Position numbers and translations under genes: made by a program. From contig JAVHQC010000033.1 of assembly GCA_036170915.1 (NCBI GenBank), forward strand, positions 1 to 64,000: a stretch of 64,000 nucleotides of DNA, in the 5' to 3' direction. Positions within the stretch are counted from its first letter, which is position 1. The number at the start of each line of letters is the position of its first letter. This document shows positions 36,229 through 47,995 of the stretch, in pieces. The notes below the pieces were generated by a model that was given only the letters and a program-made list of their open reading frames with translations, was not told the DNA's origin and did no database searches. Source of the DNA: Cyanobacteria bacterium auto_48_18 (lineage in GTDB: Bacteria > Cyanobacteriota > Vampirovibrionia > Obscuribacterales > Obscuribacteraceae).

Positions 36229-38331
36229 ATGAATCTCAATCACTCGCTTCAGAAAAAGAGCATCACCTTCTTGCTTGTCAGTTTGTCTCTGATGGCGGCT
36301 GGTTGTCTGGCAGCCATGATGGGCTTGGGCCGTAGCCATACAGACCGATGGCTAGAGACCAGATTGCAGGCGGTGCATGAACTGCAGCAGTTGCGCGAAG
36401 CATTCAAAGATACGATGCTATCGAGCCAGCGTTATCTAATCACCGGCGAAAAGCTGCAACTGCAGTCCTTTCTCGACTCTGAGGACAGCGTTAAAAAACA
36501 TTTGTTTCTGTTACAAGGTCTAGATGGCGGGCAGTTTGGTAAAGACGAGCAGTTTCGCGCTATGGCTAACCAGTTAGGGTTGACTTTAGATCAGCTTGAT
36601 TCTGATGCCAGGTTGCGGCAAGAAAAAGGGGCGGCATCAGCTAAACAACTATTGCTGACCACCAGAGAATTACGCGACGCCGCGCGCTTGTCGCAGTCGT
36701 TAGTTGGTCTTGAAGACGATCAAAACAGAGCTATTCGAGGTTATTACAGCGGCGATGCCAAAGCCCAGGGCAATTCGCTGCCAATGATCTGTTTGCTGCT
36801 TGGAGCATTGTTTGGAGCTGTCGGCGTCTATTTCTTGAAAAATTCAGGCAGCATTGAAGGCATTAAAACTGAAGATGATGATGGCTACCCTAATGAGTCT
36901 GCACTGAGTGCAGCAAACACCGCTAACGGTGAGAGCGGCGAAAGCGGCTCTTCCCTGGCAGATTGGCCCCAGGTGCAAAAATTACGTGCTGAACTGGCAG
37001 AAGCCAAAGAACAGCTTGATCGGCTGGCCCATGTTGACTTTTTGACCGAAGTCTCTAATGCTCGAGGTCTTGAGCAAGTGTTACGTGCTGAAGACAATCG
37101 AGTGGGTCGCTCAGGCACACACTTGATTGCTGTGCTGATTAATTGCGACGATTTTCACAAAATCAATAATGCTTTTGGACATAGCACGGGTGATATCGTG
37201 CTTAAAGAAATCGCTAAGCGAATCAAAAGCACCTTGCGACCTTCTGACCATGTGGCGAGAGTCGGCGGCGATGAATTCTTAGTGTTGCTTCCTGATACCC
37301 AGCTTGCATACGGCATGAGAGTGGCTGAGCGCATTCGTGTTGCTATCGCTGACGCTCCTTTACGCGGAGCTCAAGACGTGGTGCATCTGACAGCCAGCCT
37401 CGGCCTGGCCAATTTGCCTCACAAAATTGCCTCGGTCAATGAAGCGGTAACCCTTTCGCGCACCGCTCTAAAACGCAGTAAATCTGGTGGTAAGAATAGG
37501 GTTTCATTGGCTCGAGATCTTGGTGTTGAAAAAATCGAAGACGATGAACCGACGCCTAAAAATATTGTGGCTCAGTTATGCGACAGTACGCAGTTTCGCA
37601 CTGTCTACCAGCCAATAATGGATCTCAATCAAGAATTAATTGCCGGATATGAAGTGCTAACTCGCGGTCCTGATGGCGCTTTTGAAAGTCCGGCTGATTT
37701 TTTCCGCATCTGTATAGAGAACAATATTCTAACTACGGTTGACTTGCAATGCTTGCGGTTGTGTCTTGAAGATGCACCAAATGTGGGGCCTAATATGCGC
37801 CTGCATGTCAATCTTTTCCCCTCCACTTTGCTCGAAACTCCAGTGAAGAATTTGATTGATATTTTTCCACAAGAGCGCAACGGCACCGTCTATTGTCTGG
37901 AAATAAGCGAACAGCAATTCATTACCGAGCCGGGCTATTTGCGCGAAGCTATCTCTGGTTTGAAACAGGCCGGCATACTTGTGGCTATAGACGATGTAGG
38001 TTTTGGCCGCAGTTCGCTAGAAACTTTGATTTTACTTGAACCAGATCTTGTCAAAGTCGATCGCAAATATGTCTCAGGCATCTCTCGTGAACCGTCTAAG
38101 GCGAGGCTATTACGGCGGTTGGCTAATGTGGCCAAGTCACTTGGTGCCGAAATAGTAGCAGAAGGTATAGAAGACCGCGCGGATTTGCCTCTTCTAAAAG
38201 AGATGGGCATTAACTATGGTCAGGGTTTCTTGTGGGGCGATCTTTTACCTGTGCTACCAGCTCTTAGAAATGAAACCGAAATTACTGACGTAGAGGCTAA
38301 GACTAAAAAAGCTAAACCGGGTGCAGTGTAA
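36229..38331 (+). CDS. CHASE3-like sensor / GGDEF / EAL protein
   Basis: Two TMs, RVGGDEF, YQPI...EVLTR, IDDVG, VAEGIE. Confidence 0.92.
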   Translation: MNLNHSLQKKSITFLLVSLSLMAAGCLAAMMGLGRSHTDRWLETRLQAVHELQQLREAFKDTMLSSQRYLITGEKLQLQSFLDSEDSVKKHLFLLQGLDGGQFGKDEQFRAMANQLGLTLDQLDSDARLRQEKGAASAKQLLLTTRELRDAARLSQSLVGLEDDQNRAIRGYYSGDAKAQGNSLPMICLLLGALFGAVGVYFLKNSGSIEGIKTEDDDGYPNESALSAANTANGESGESGSSLADWPQVQKLRAELAEAKEQLDRLAHVDFLTEVSNARGLEQVLRAEDNRVGRSGTHLIAVLINCDDFHKINNAFGHSTGDIVLKEIAKRIKSTLRPSDHVARVGGDEFLVLLPDTQLAYGMRVAERIRVAIADAPLRGAQDVVHLTASLGLANLPHKIASVNEAVTLSRTALKRSKSGGKNRVSLARDLGVEKIEDDEPTPKNIVAQLCDSTQFRTVYQPIMDLNQELIAGYEVLTRGPDGAFESPADFFRICIENNILTTVDLQCLRLCLEDAPNVGPNMRLHVNLFPSTLLETPVKNLIDIFPQERNGTVYCLEISEQQFITEPGYLREAISGLKQAGILVAIDDVGFGRSSLETLILLEPDLVKVDRKYVSGISREPSKARLLRRLANVAKSLGAEIVAEGIEDRADLPLLKEMGINYGQGFLWGDLLPVLPALRNETEITDVEAKTKKAKPGAV

Positions 38332-39107
38332 TGACACAATCGCCTGCCATTATTTTCGCTCCTGAAAAAGTCTCAATAGAGAAAGCTCTGTCTGTGGCCT
38401 GGCAGTGCACCAAGCGTGAGTTTGTGCCACTATTGGTGGTGATGCTGATTTCCTGGGCTATACCTTTGTTTGTTAGTCTCTTTTTTATTCTGGTTGGGTT
38501 TGCCATACCAAAAGATCAACCTCTTTTGCAAATTTGCTACGGTTTAATAACCAGTCTAGTTTCGGCGTTAATTGGCGCTGTGATGGAGCTGGGAATGGTA
38601 AACGTTCAGCTTAAAGTACTTGATGGCGGCAGCGCGAAAGTTGGTGATTTATTTTCTGCCAACCAGCTGTTTATCAAATATGCTTTGGGCTCTTTCAGTT
38701 ATAACGTTCTTGCTTTCTGGGGTTATATTTTTCTCGTCATTCCCGGAATAATAGTCAACTGTTTCATGCAGTTCTATTCCTTTTTTGTTGTTGATAAATC
38801 TCTTGGACCCATTGAATCTCTTCGCGCCAGCTGGATCGCCAGTCGCGGTGCGAGAATCAACATTTTATTGATGATGCTGATCTTCCACGCATTGCGCACA
38901 GTTGGCACCATTTTGTTATTCATTGGCTTAATACCTGCGCAGATGATAATTTCGCTGGCCACTGCGGAACTTTATCGCCAGCTGGTAAAGAATACTTCTC
39001 CTGAAGATTTTGCCGGCATCGAAGGCTTGCGTTACTCTTTGCCGACACAAGAAGACTATGATCGCGGTCATGTAAAAATTCAAAATGTGGACGACGATCA
39101 GCCCTAA
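38331..39107 (+). CDS. Integral membrane protein (DUF975/YciC-like)
   Basis: About 5 TMs; FLVIPGI...GPIESLRASW; overlaps the upstream stop. Confidence 0.75.
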   Translation: MTQSPAIIFAPEKVSIEKALSVAWQCTKREFVPLLVVMLISWAIPLFVSLFFILVGFAIPKDQPLLQICYGLITSLVSALIGAVMELGMVNVQLKVLDGGSAKVGDLFSANQLFIKYALGSFSYNVLAFWGYIFLVIPGIIVNCFMQFYSFFVVDKSLGPIESLRASWIASRGARINILLMMLIFHALRTVGTILLFIGLIPAQMIISLATAELYRQLVKNTSPEDFAGIEGLRYSLPTQEDYDRGHVKIQNVDDDQP

Positions 39108-39125
39108 CTTTTCATTTTTTACCTT

Positions 39126-39306
39126 GAAATGCCCGGCTTCATTGACCATGCCGCCTTTCATACCACCCATTCCAAGAGCACAGGTCTTGCAGGCATTTTT
39201 TGGAACGCATTTTTTGCCATAGACGCCAAGGGCCAACTTCTCTTGCCTTAATAAGCGACTAAGCGATTGCCTGCCAGCCGCCACCAGCACTTAGTTTTGG
39301 CTTCAT
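39126..39306 (-). pseudogene. N-terminal remnant of an FdhF/YdeP-family molybdopterin oxidoreductase
   Basis: MKPKLSAGGGWQAIA*SLIKAREVGPWRLWQKMRS, then +1 shift in an A6 run to KNACKTCALGMGGMKGGMVNEAGHF, then truncation. Confidence 0.8.
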
Positions 39307-39484
39307 TTGCAATTCTCTTGGGTCTAACCATTCAATTATATACTTCAATGATTGATGCAAATTGGAACAAAGGCAATAGAATAGGCATCTGAAAGTTAGT
39401 GGCAAGCTTTGCTTTTGACATCTGTCTAGAGGCAGTGGCAAGCAACTTTTTTACGAACGTCTTTTGATACGGAGTTTGAATTGT

Positions 39485-42325
39485 ATGAAGCGCTCTTCAC
39501 TTTTAAGTATGACTGCCGCCTTACTGGCTGGTACTACCACCCTTGGTGCGTTTTATCCTGCCATCGCCGCTGACACCACGAGCCTCATTGCTGTGGCTGG
39601 CTCCGGAAATATCAGTGACATAGACGCCCGGCTGGCTGCCATTGAAAGACGCATGAATGAAGCCTACAATGCGGGCCGTTTAACTCAATTACAAGTGCAA
39701 AGTTATAAGAAAGATTTGCAGAGTGTAGCCGATCAAAAGGCGGTGTTCAGCGCTTCTGAAGGCAAGCTGAATTTGTGGGAAAATTTGAGGCTGCAATTTG
39801 ACCTCGATGCCATTATCAAAGCCATGGAAGCTAGCCTGACTGATAGAAAGTCAGGCTTTGTCGATGTTAGCGCCAGGCGTGATGAGATTCAAAAGCGATT
39901 GTCAGATGCATTGACTCGTGGACGCTTGACTAAGCAAGAATTTGACGAAGTGCGTTTAGAACTTGAGGAAATAAATCAAGCAGTCGAAGCCGCTAAAGGC
40001 GCCAGTGGCCAACTCAGTGTCTCTGACAATATCAGGTTGGTAATTGCTTATGACCGGCTCAGTCAGAGACTAACCCGTACCGTCCACGCACGTCAGTCGG
40101 GCCTCGCTGCTATTGACGCGCGCCAGAGTGAAATTGATAGGCGTCTAGCTGAAGGAATTAAAGAAGGCAAAATCACAGCCGCCGAAGCAACTGATTTGAA
40201 ATCACAGTTAGCCCTTGTCGCTGATAAAAAGATGCAGTTGCGCAAATTGTCTCGGCCGCTGACAGCTGACGAGCAGCTCGCCATTGCTTTCGATTTAGAG
40301 AAACTCGGTGGCCAGGTAGAGGCAGCTTTTTATGATAATGATGCAGCCAGCACCAATACAGCTGCGAAGGTTTCTAGCCGAGAAGCTGAGATCGACAGAG
40401 ACATCGCCACAGCTTTAAAGAATGGTTTGATAACTCTCACCGAAGCGCAGGTATACAAGCAACAGCTCGATCAAACTAGTGCCAAAGAGGTCAGTATGCG
40501 CACCAGTTCTGGTGGCGACTTAGATCCGTTGCAAGTACAAAATCTGATGATCGAATTAGAAAAGCTGAGCGGAGCGGTTGACAGGTCTACCTATAACCGT
40601 AAGGCGGTCTGGCCAGGCGTTCAGGCTTCATTTACTGAGTTGTCAACGCGCATTGCTGAAGCTAAAGCGGCAAGTAGACTTGATAGCGCCGATGAAACTG
40701 CACTGACCAGCGAGTTAAACGGACTCACCTCTATGGCTCAGGGTATCGGTAATACACAGGCTACAATGCAAATTGTGGCTGCTATAAATCAGCTTTCCAC
40801 CAAAGTTACTCGCGCCGTGAAAGATCGCGAGATTACCTACATTCCAGACTTAGATAAGCGTAAAGGCGAAATTGATACGCGCATCGCCGATGGTATCATT
40901 GGCGGCAAATTGACCATTGATGAAGCCAATAGTGCAATGGCTGAATTTAACCGGGTAATGGGTCAACAAGAAAGCTTTAAGGCCGGTGACGGCCTTATTG
41001 ACGAAAGAGAAAAGCTCTCTCTGGCTCTGGAGCTTGAGAGATTATCCACCAAAGTGGAGAAAGATATTCGCGACAACTCGTTTGCAGCAAAGACATTGCA
41101 GGTGATGAAGCAAGACGCTGATCAAGCAATTGCTCAAGGTACACTGTCAGGCAAGCTTACTGCTCAAGAGATTCAAGCATTAAGAGCAGAGCTCAATCGC
41201 ATTGCTGAATTTCAGGCGTCTAAAGTCGCTGCTCAGGGCAGGCTTGCTGCTAGAGACGCCATAGCTCTGGCTCTTGATTTGACCAAACTTTTGAAAGACA
41301 CAGAAAACTCCACTAAAAACACGCAGGTGGCTTTGCCTGATATTGCTAAGCGTCAGGCTGAGCTCTATCAACGCATTACTGAAGGTGTGATGCAGGGCCG
41401 CTTAACGGTGAAAGATTCTGAGAATTTGAAGAAAGAGTTTTATCGCATTCTTGATCAGGAAAGCAAACATCGCGCTTCAGGCGGACTCAGCTTCGGCGAA
41501 CATGCTGCCTTATCACTTGAACTTGAACGTCTGGCCAATACAATTGAGTCGCATATGGGAGACACCCAGGCCGCAGTGCCTGATGTTGATGGCACTCAGT
41601 CGGAGCTCGACAAAAAACTTGCCGCGGCTGTGGCCGGCGGGCAGTTGACCTTGGCACAAATGCAAGAGTTCACCAAAGAGCTCGACCGCATTAGCCGTGA
41701 AGAAATCTCATATCGTTTTTCTGGAACCGGTTTGAGTTATGCAGAATCAATTTCGCTGGTTGCCGATCTAGAAAAATTGAACGGTCGTGTTGACACAGCC
41801 ATGGCCGGTCAAAGTGTAAAGTGGGCTGGTATTGACGGCCGCATCAATGATCTTGGTAAGCGTGTCGGTGAAGCTTTCCTGGCGCAAAAAATATCACCGA
41901 CGCTGGCTTCAGAGTTGAAGCGCGAACTTGATAGAGTCAACCAGGCTAAAGCTGCATTCAGTGCTTCTGGTGGCAGTTTAAATTTAGCCGAAACTGAATC
42001 TCTCATGCGCGACCTTGATCGCTTAAGTAGACAAATCGACGTGCGCACAGGCACAGGCCAAATTATCACATGGACAGACATTGAGAGCCGCCAGGCAAGA
42101 GTTGAAGCTCGCATTGCTCAAGATACCGCTCAAGGCAAATTGTCGGCCAGTGTGGCTAATAAAGCCAAGCGTGAGTTGCAATCGTTTAAAGCCAGCAAAG
42201 CTTCGCTCAAGTCTTCGACAAACGGTAATTTGACTTATTCTCAAATTGTCACTATGGCTCAATCACTTGACAAGATCGATAAGATGGTCGGTATCGCTCC
42301 TACCCCGGCTTTCCGCAATCAATAG
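39485..42325 (+). CDS. Exported protein of 11 tandem ~80-aa helical repeats
   Basis: Signal peptide; repeated R..EI..RI..G...G.LT..E...L..EL...G.L...E...L..DL..L. Confidence 0.85.
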   Translation: MKRSSLLSMTAALLAGTTTLGAFYPAIAADTTSLIAVAGSGNISDIDARLAAIERRMNEAYNAGRLTQLQVQSYKKDLQSVADQKAVFSASEGKLNLWENLRLQFDLDAIIKAMEASLTDRKSGFVDVSARRDEIQKRLSDALTRGRLTKQEFDEVRLELEEINQAVEAAKGASGQLSVSDNIRLVIAYDRLSQRLTRTVHARQSGLAAIDARQSEIDRRLAEGIKEGKITAAEATDLKSQLALVADKKMQLRKLSRPLTADEQLAIAFDLEKLGGQVEAAFYDNDAASTNTAAKVSSREAEIDRDIATALKNGLITLTEAQVYKQQLDQTSAKEVSMRTSSGGDLDPLQVQNLMIELEKLSGAVDRSTYNRKAVWPGVQASFTELSTRIAEAKAASRLDSADETALTSELNGLTSMAQGIGNTQATMQIVAAINQLSTKVTRAVKDREITYIPDLDKRKGEIDTRIADGIIGGKLTIDEANSAMAEFNRVMGQQESFKAGDGLIDEREKLSLALELERLSTKVEKDIRDNSFAAKTLQVMKQDADQAIAQGTLSGKLTAQEIQALRAELNRIAEFQASKVAAQGRLAARDAIALALDLTKLLKDTENSTKNTQVALPDIAKRQAELYQRITEGVMQGRLTVKDSENLKKEFYRILDQESKHRASGGLSFGEHAALSLELERLANTIESHMGDTQAAVPDVDGTQSELDKKLAAAVAGGQLTLAQMQEFTKELDRISREEISYRFSGTGLSYAESISLVADLEKLNGRVDTAMAGQSVKWAGIDGRINDLGKRVGEAFLAQKISPTLASELKRELDRVNQAKAAFSASGGSLNLAETESLMRDLDRLSRQIDVRTGTGQIITWTDIESRQARVEARIAQDTAQGKLSASVANKAKRELQSFKASKASLKSSTNGNLTYSQIVTMAQSLDKIDKMVGIAPTPAFRNQ

Positions 42326-42356
42326 CAAGGGCTAGGCAGCTAGCTAACAAACAAGC

Positions 42357-42398
42357 AAAAAAAGAAGGGAGCGCCAATCGCTCCCTTCTTCAATTTTT
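42357..42398. terminator. Bidirectional intrinsic terminator between convergent genes
   Basis: A-tract, AAGAAGGGAGCG-CCAAT-CGCTCCCTTCTT, T-tract. Confidence 0.88.
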
Positions 42399-42410
42399 AT
42401 GCTGCTATTT

Positions 42411-44303
<1,893 letters not shown>

Positions 44304-44448
44304 GTGCGATTCTCTGCCTATTTTGTAGAGTTTTGTCTTGTTGCCGTTGTATCCTTTAGATCTGTTTAGCGGCTCGGTCTGGGCTATTTGGAGTTCGAGT
44401 TTGTCGATTGTTGGAACCGTACTTAGAAGCCATGCTGGAGGTTATCTC

Positions 44449-45831
44449 GTGCATGTCACCAGTTTGACTCAAGAACTGAGTCCGGACTTGGACCTGGGAA
44501 ATCAGGAATCTCCTGGGACCGCTACGGGTGCTACAACCGACATTTTGCTCACCTGCCAGGCCCGCGGGCGCCTGAAAAAAGAACGGGTGGCAATCGTCAC
44601 TGGTGACAGGGTTGAACTCGACGAACTCGATTTGACCGAAAAGTGTGCCGTAATCACGGCTCAACTGAAGCGGCGCAGCCTTATCGCAAGACCAACACTA
44701 GCCAATGTAGACCAGGTAGTCATTGTACAGGCTGTCAAACAGCCCCAATGGAACCCCCTCTGGACAGATCGCTATATCGTCCACTTTCAGCTCACACTGC
44801 CATCTTCGCGCCCTATTTTGTGCTTCAATAAAGCCGATTTAGGGGCCAAAAACGACTTAGATCATTTAAGAAGTATTTATGAACCCCTTGGATACTTCGT
44901 TATATTTGTTTCTGCTAAGACTTCAGATGGTCTTGAAAATTTAGCCTCTTTGCTGGCCGGCAAAATCTCTGTATTCGCGGGCCCGTCAGGCGTTGGCAAA
45001 TCGACCATGCTCAATAAACTCTGCCCCGGGCTCAATCTAAAGACCGGTTTGATGGAAAATGACTTTGGCGTCGGTCGTCACACAACAACATATAGTGAAC
45101 TCTATCGATTGAATTTAAATGGTGAAGTTGGTGGTTCACCGAAAGATAATCAGATTTCGTGGATTGCCGATACTCCCGGATTCAATCTGATTGAGTTTCT
45201 TCATCCTGAACCACGAGACGTGGCTAAGCAGTTTCCAGAAATCGACGAGTTGGCTCAACAGTGCCGCTTTTCAGATTGCCTGCATCTTGTGGAAGCCGGC
45301 TGTGCCGTGCTCGACTCGCTATCGGATCTGCTCGGAGACGATGAAGATGATGATGAAGATGTAGTTGACGAAGCAGACGACGCAGACGAAGTAGAAGAAT
45401 CAGACGACGATAATCAAGATGACATTGATAACGACGATAACGACGACAGCCAAGACGAAGCTCAAGCGCAAGATGTGGAGCTAGATTCAGACGCGGAGCT
45501 AGATTCAGACGCGGAACAAGATTCAGACACGGAACAAGAACTCGATGAAGACACTGCTGTCCATAAAGAGCGTCCGGTGTCGCTGACTAGATATGAAAGC
45601 TACCTCATAATGGTGACTGAATCGCAGGCCGAGCAATCTTTGCAGAAAGTCACTTCTAGAAAAGTGGAGAGCTCAGTTAAGGCCGCCGGCGGTGCCAATG
45701 CCAAAACCAAATTTATTCCGCGACTGGCGAATAAATATCGGCAGGCGTCTCGCAATACCATGAAGCAAAAGGTTATCGATACCACTAATTTTGAGGAAGA
45801 GTCTCAAGAAATTAGTGATGATAAAAACTAG
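44449..45831 (+). CDS. rsgA: Ribosome small subunit-dependent GTPase RsgA with acidic insertion
   Basis: GDRV OB-fold, NKAD, GPSGVGKS, GRHTT, DTPG, CRFSDCLH....C; start chosen at GTG 44449 after GGAGG. Confidence 0.93.
   Translation: MHVTSLTQELSPDLDLGNQESPGTATGATTDILLTCQARGRLKKERVAIVTGDRVELDELDLTEKCAVITAQLKRRSLIARPTLANVDQVVIVQAVKQPQWNPLWTDRYIVHFQLTLPSSRPILCFNKADLGAKNDLDHLRSIYEPLGYFVIFVSAKTSDGLENLASLLAGKISVFAGPSGVGKSTMLNKLCPGLNLKTGLMENDFGVGRHTTTYSELYRLNLNGEVGGSPKDNQISWIADTPGFNLIEFLHPEPRDVAKQFPEIDELAQQCRFSDCLHLVEAGCAVLDSLSDLLGDDEDDDEDVVDEADDADEVEESDDDNQDDIDNDDNDDSQDEAQAQDVELDSDAELDSDAEQDSDTEQELDEDTAVHKERPVSLTRYESYLIMVTESQAEQSLQKVTSRKVESSVKAAGGANAKTKFIPRLANKYRQASRNTMKQKVIDTTNFEEESQEISDDKN
45475..45546 (+). 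repeat. 18-bp degenerate tandem repeat x4 within rsgA (VELDSD AELDSD AEQDSD TEQELD)
   Basis: GCGGAGCTAGATTCAGAC-like units. Confidence 0.85.
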
Positions 45832-45834
45832 TAT

Positions 45835-46935
45835 TTATTTGCGATCAATAGCTCGTGCTGTGGCTGCGCCCAGATAAGAATCAGGTACGTCTTTAACTCG
45901 GCTGCGCATCAACTCAAGCTCTTCAAGATTTCCCGATGAAAATCCAGACCAACTATTTCTGTTGTGCCACCGCACCACACAATCGCTCCAGCCCGCAGTT
46001 TTAAACCAGCTGGCGAAATAAGCGCGCGGTACATAATAAGCAACCGGTGCAATTAAGTGATCAAAAACAATGTGGTGAAGCTCCGTGAATCCGAACTGCG
46101 AGATGTAATTCAGATACTCGCCATAAAAAAGTGGAGGCATCCATTTATTTGATTTGCGCAAATTCATCCATGGTCTGGCCACAAATTTGCAATAAAGTTC
46201 AAGGGGAAAGGCAAGGGCGGCTGCCACGGGTAAAAGCAGGCTGGATGGCATTTTTGACGTTACCAGCATGCGAATAGGATTGACTATGCCAATCAGCCAC
46301 CAGTTACTTTCGCGGCCATAAACCCAAGCCGTTACCGCGCCAGTTGGTTTTACTCGAGCACTCATAGAAAGAAATCCACTAATGGGAGATTCCATGTGAT
46401 GCAAAACACCCACTGAAAAGGCGAAGTCGAATTCTCGTCTAAAAGGCAACTTTTCAATATCAGCTTGTATCAGATGAATACCAGGGAGAAAGCCGACATT
46501 CTCATAGGCTACATCTATTGCTTCTCCGATATCGACGGCATAAATCGCCTTCACACCCGCCTCTTGCATCAGTTTTGCGTGACGGCCTTTGCCGCATCCG
46601 CATTCGAGCACGACTTTGTCTTTGACAAACTCAGGGTCAACCGGAAAAATCCAGTCAAAAAATTGTTTCTGATAACGTTCATCCATCATTGGAAAACGCT
46701 TCCACGCCTCGGCAAAGCTAGCCCCTGTGCGAATGTCGGTGGCGCTGCTTTCACTTTCGTCAACGAAACGCGGTACACCGCGTACAATTTTGTATTCTCG
46801 ACTGCAAGCTGTGCAGATCAGCGTACCTTCGTAAATTTCGTCTGAGTGATTGCTGTCGAGGGTCTGCTTAGCGTCTAATTTAAGATCCGACAAACAACTT
46901 AGACAAACGAGATGTGTCAGAGCTGAGGGTTTCAT
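45835..46935 (-). CDS. Class I SAM methyltransferase with N-terminal Trm112-like zinc ribbon
   Basis: LVCLSC...LICTAC..Y.I..GVPRF; VLECGCGKGRH; GVLHH. Confidence 0.88.
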   Translation of the reverse strand: MKPSALTHLVCLSCLSDLKLDAKQTLDSNHSDEIYEGTLICTACSREYKIVRGVPRFVDESESSATDIRTGASFAEAWKRFPMMDERYQKQFFDWIFPVDPEFVKDKVVLECGCGKGRHAKLMQEAGVKAIYAVDIGEAIDVAYENVGFLPGIHLIQADIEKLPFRREFDFAFSVGVLHHMESPISGFLSMSARVKPTGAVTAWVYGRESNWWLIGIVNPIRMLVTSKMPSSLLLPVAAALAFPLELYCKFVARPWMNLRKSNKWMPPLFYGEYLNYISQFGFTELHHIVFDHLIAPVAYYVPRAYFASWFKTAGWSDCVVRWHNRNSWSGFSSGNLEELELMRSRVKDVPDSYLGAATARAIDRK

Positions 46936-47007
46936 TGCTATAGTATGCCTCTGATACTGACTTGTGAGAAACTCTGCAAAGCTTACTTATTTAGAACAAG
47001 GATTGCA

Positions 47008-47979
47008 ATGTCTGCGCCCTATCTTTCACTAGTAATTCCCGTTTTCAACGAAGAAGAAAACTTGCCGATTCTTTACGGCAAATTGCTTGAAAATTTAGCG
47101 GGCATCGACTCTACCTGGGAAGCCATTTTCGTAGACGATGGCTCACAAGACAAATCTTTTTTTGAGTTGTCGAAAATCGCCGAAAAAGATCCGCGCATCA
47201 AAGTCGTAAAATTTTCTCGAAATTTTGGCCAAACAGCAGCATTGGCTGCTGGTATTGATCATTCCAGCGGCGAGGTGATCGTACCGTTAGACGCAGATTT
47301 GCAAAATGATCCCAAAGATATTCAACTGCTCGTGCAAAAATTAGCCGAAGGATACGATGTTGTGAGCGGATGGAGAAAAGATCGCCATGACGCGCTGATT
47401 TCAAGAAAAATACCTTCGTGGATTGCTAATAAAATAATTTCAGTAGTCAGCGGAGTTTCACTTCATGATTATGGCTGTTCACTTAAAGCGTATCGAAGAA
47501 AAATATTGAAAGATATTCGTCTTTATGGCGAAATGCACCGCTTCGTGCCAATTTATGCCAGCTGGCTTGGTGCCCGCGTGACAGAGATGCCGGTAACGCA
47601 CCATCCGCGCACTCACGGTCAGTCAAAATATGGTATTTCAAGAACTTTCAAAGTTGTGCTTGACTTGATCACCGTAAAATTTATGGCGAGCTGTTTTACT
47701 AAGCCCATTTATCTGTTCGGATCAATCGGTCTCGGCGCCATTTTGCTTTCATGGGCCGCGTTCGTGTGGATGGTAATTTTAAAATTCTTCTACCACACTA
47801 CCTTTATTCAAACCCCTTTGCCAGTCTTAAGCGCCATGTTCTTCCTGGTTGGTGTGCAATGTCTTTTAATGGGCCTGTTGTCTGAGATGCTGATGCGCAC
47901 CTACCACGAGTCGCAAGGGAAGAGCATTTATCGTGTTGATGAAGTTGTGAATTTGCCGGATACAGATGAAAAGAAGTAA
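47008..47979 (+). CDS. GT2 polyprenol-phosphate glycosyltransferase (ArnC/GtrB-like)
   Basis: VIPVFNEEEN, VDDGS, RNFGQ, DADLQ, two C-terminal TMs. Confidence 0.92.
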   Translation: MSAPYLSLVIPVFNEEENLPILYGKLLENLAGIDSTWEAIFVDDGSQDKSFFELSKIAEKDPRIKVVKFSRNFGQTAALAAGIDHSSGEVIVPLDADLQNDPKDIQLLVQKLAEGYDVVSGWRKDRHDALISRKIPSWIANKIISVVSGVSLHDYGCSLKAYRRKILKDIRLYGEMHRFVPIYASWLGARVTEMPVTHHPRTHGQSKYGISRTFKVVLDLITVKFMASCFTKPIYLFGSIGLGAILLSWAAFVWMVILKFFYHTTFIQTPLPVLSAMFFLVGVQCLLMGLLSEMLMRTYHESQGKSIYRVDEVVNLPDTDEKK

Positions 47980-47995
47980 CTAGAGGAAGAATAAA

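Noticed and set aside
38928..39441. Track ORFs 38928-39290 and 39259-39441 as real genes
   Set aside because: They are frames of the FdhF/YdeP remnant plus antisense read-through.
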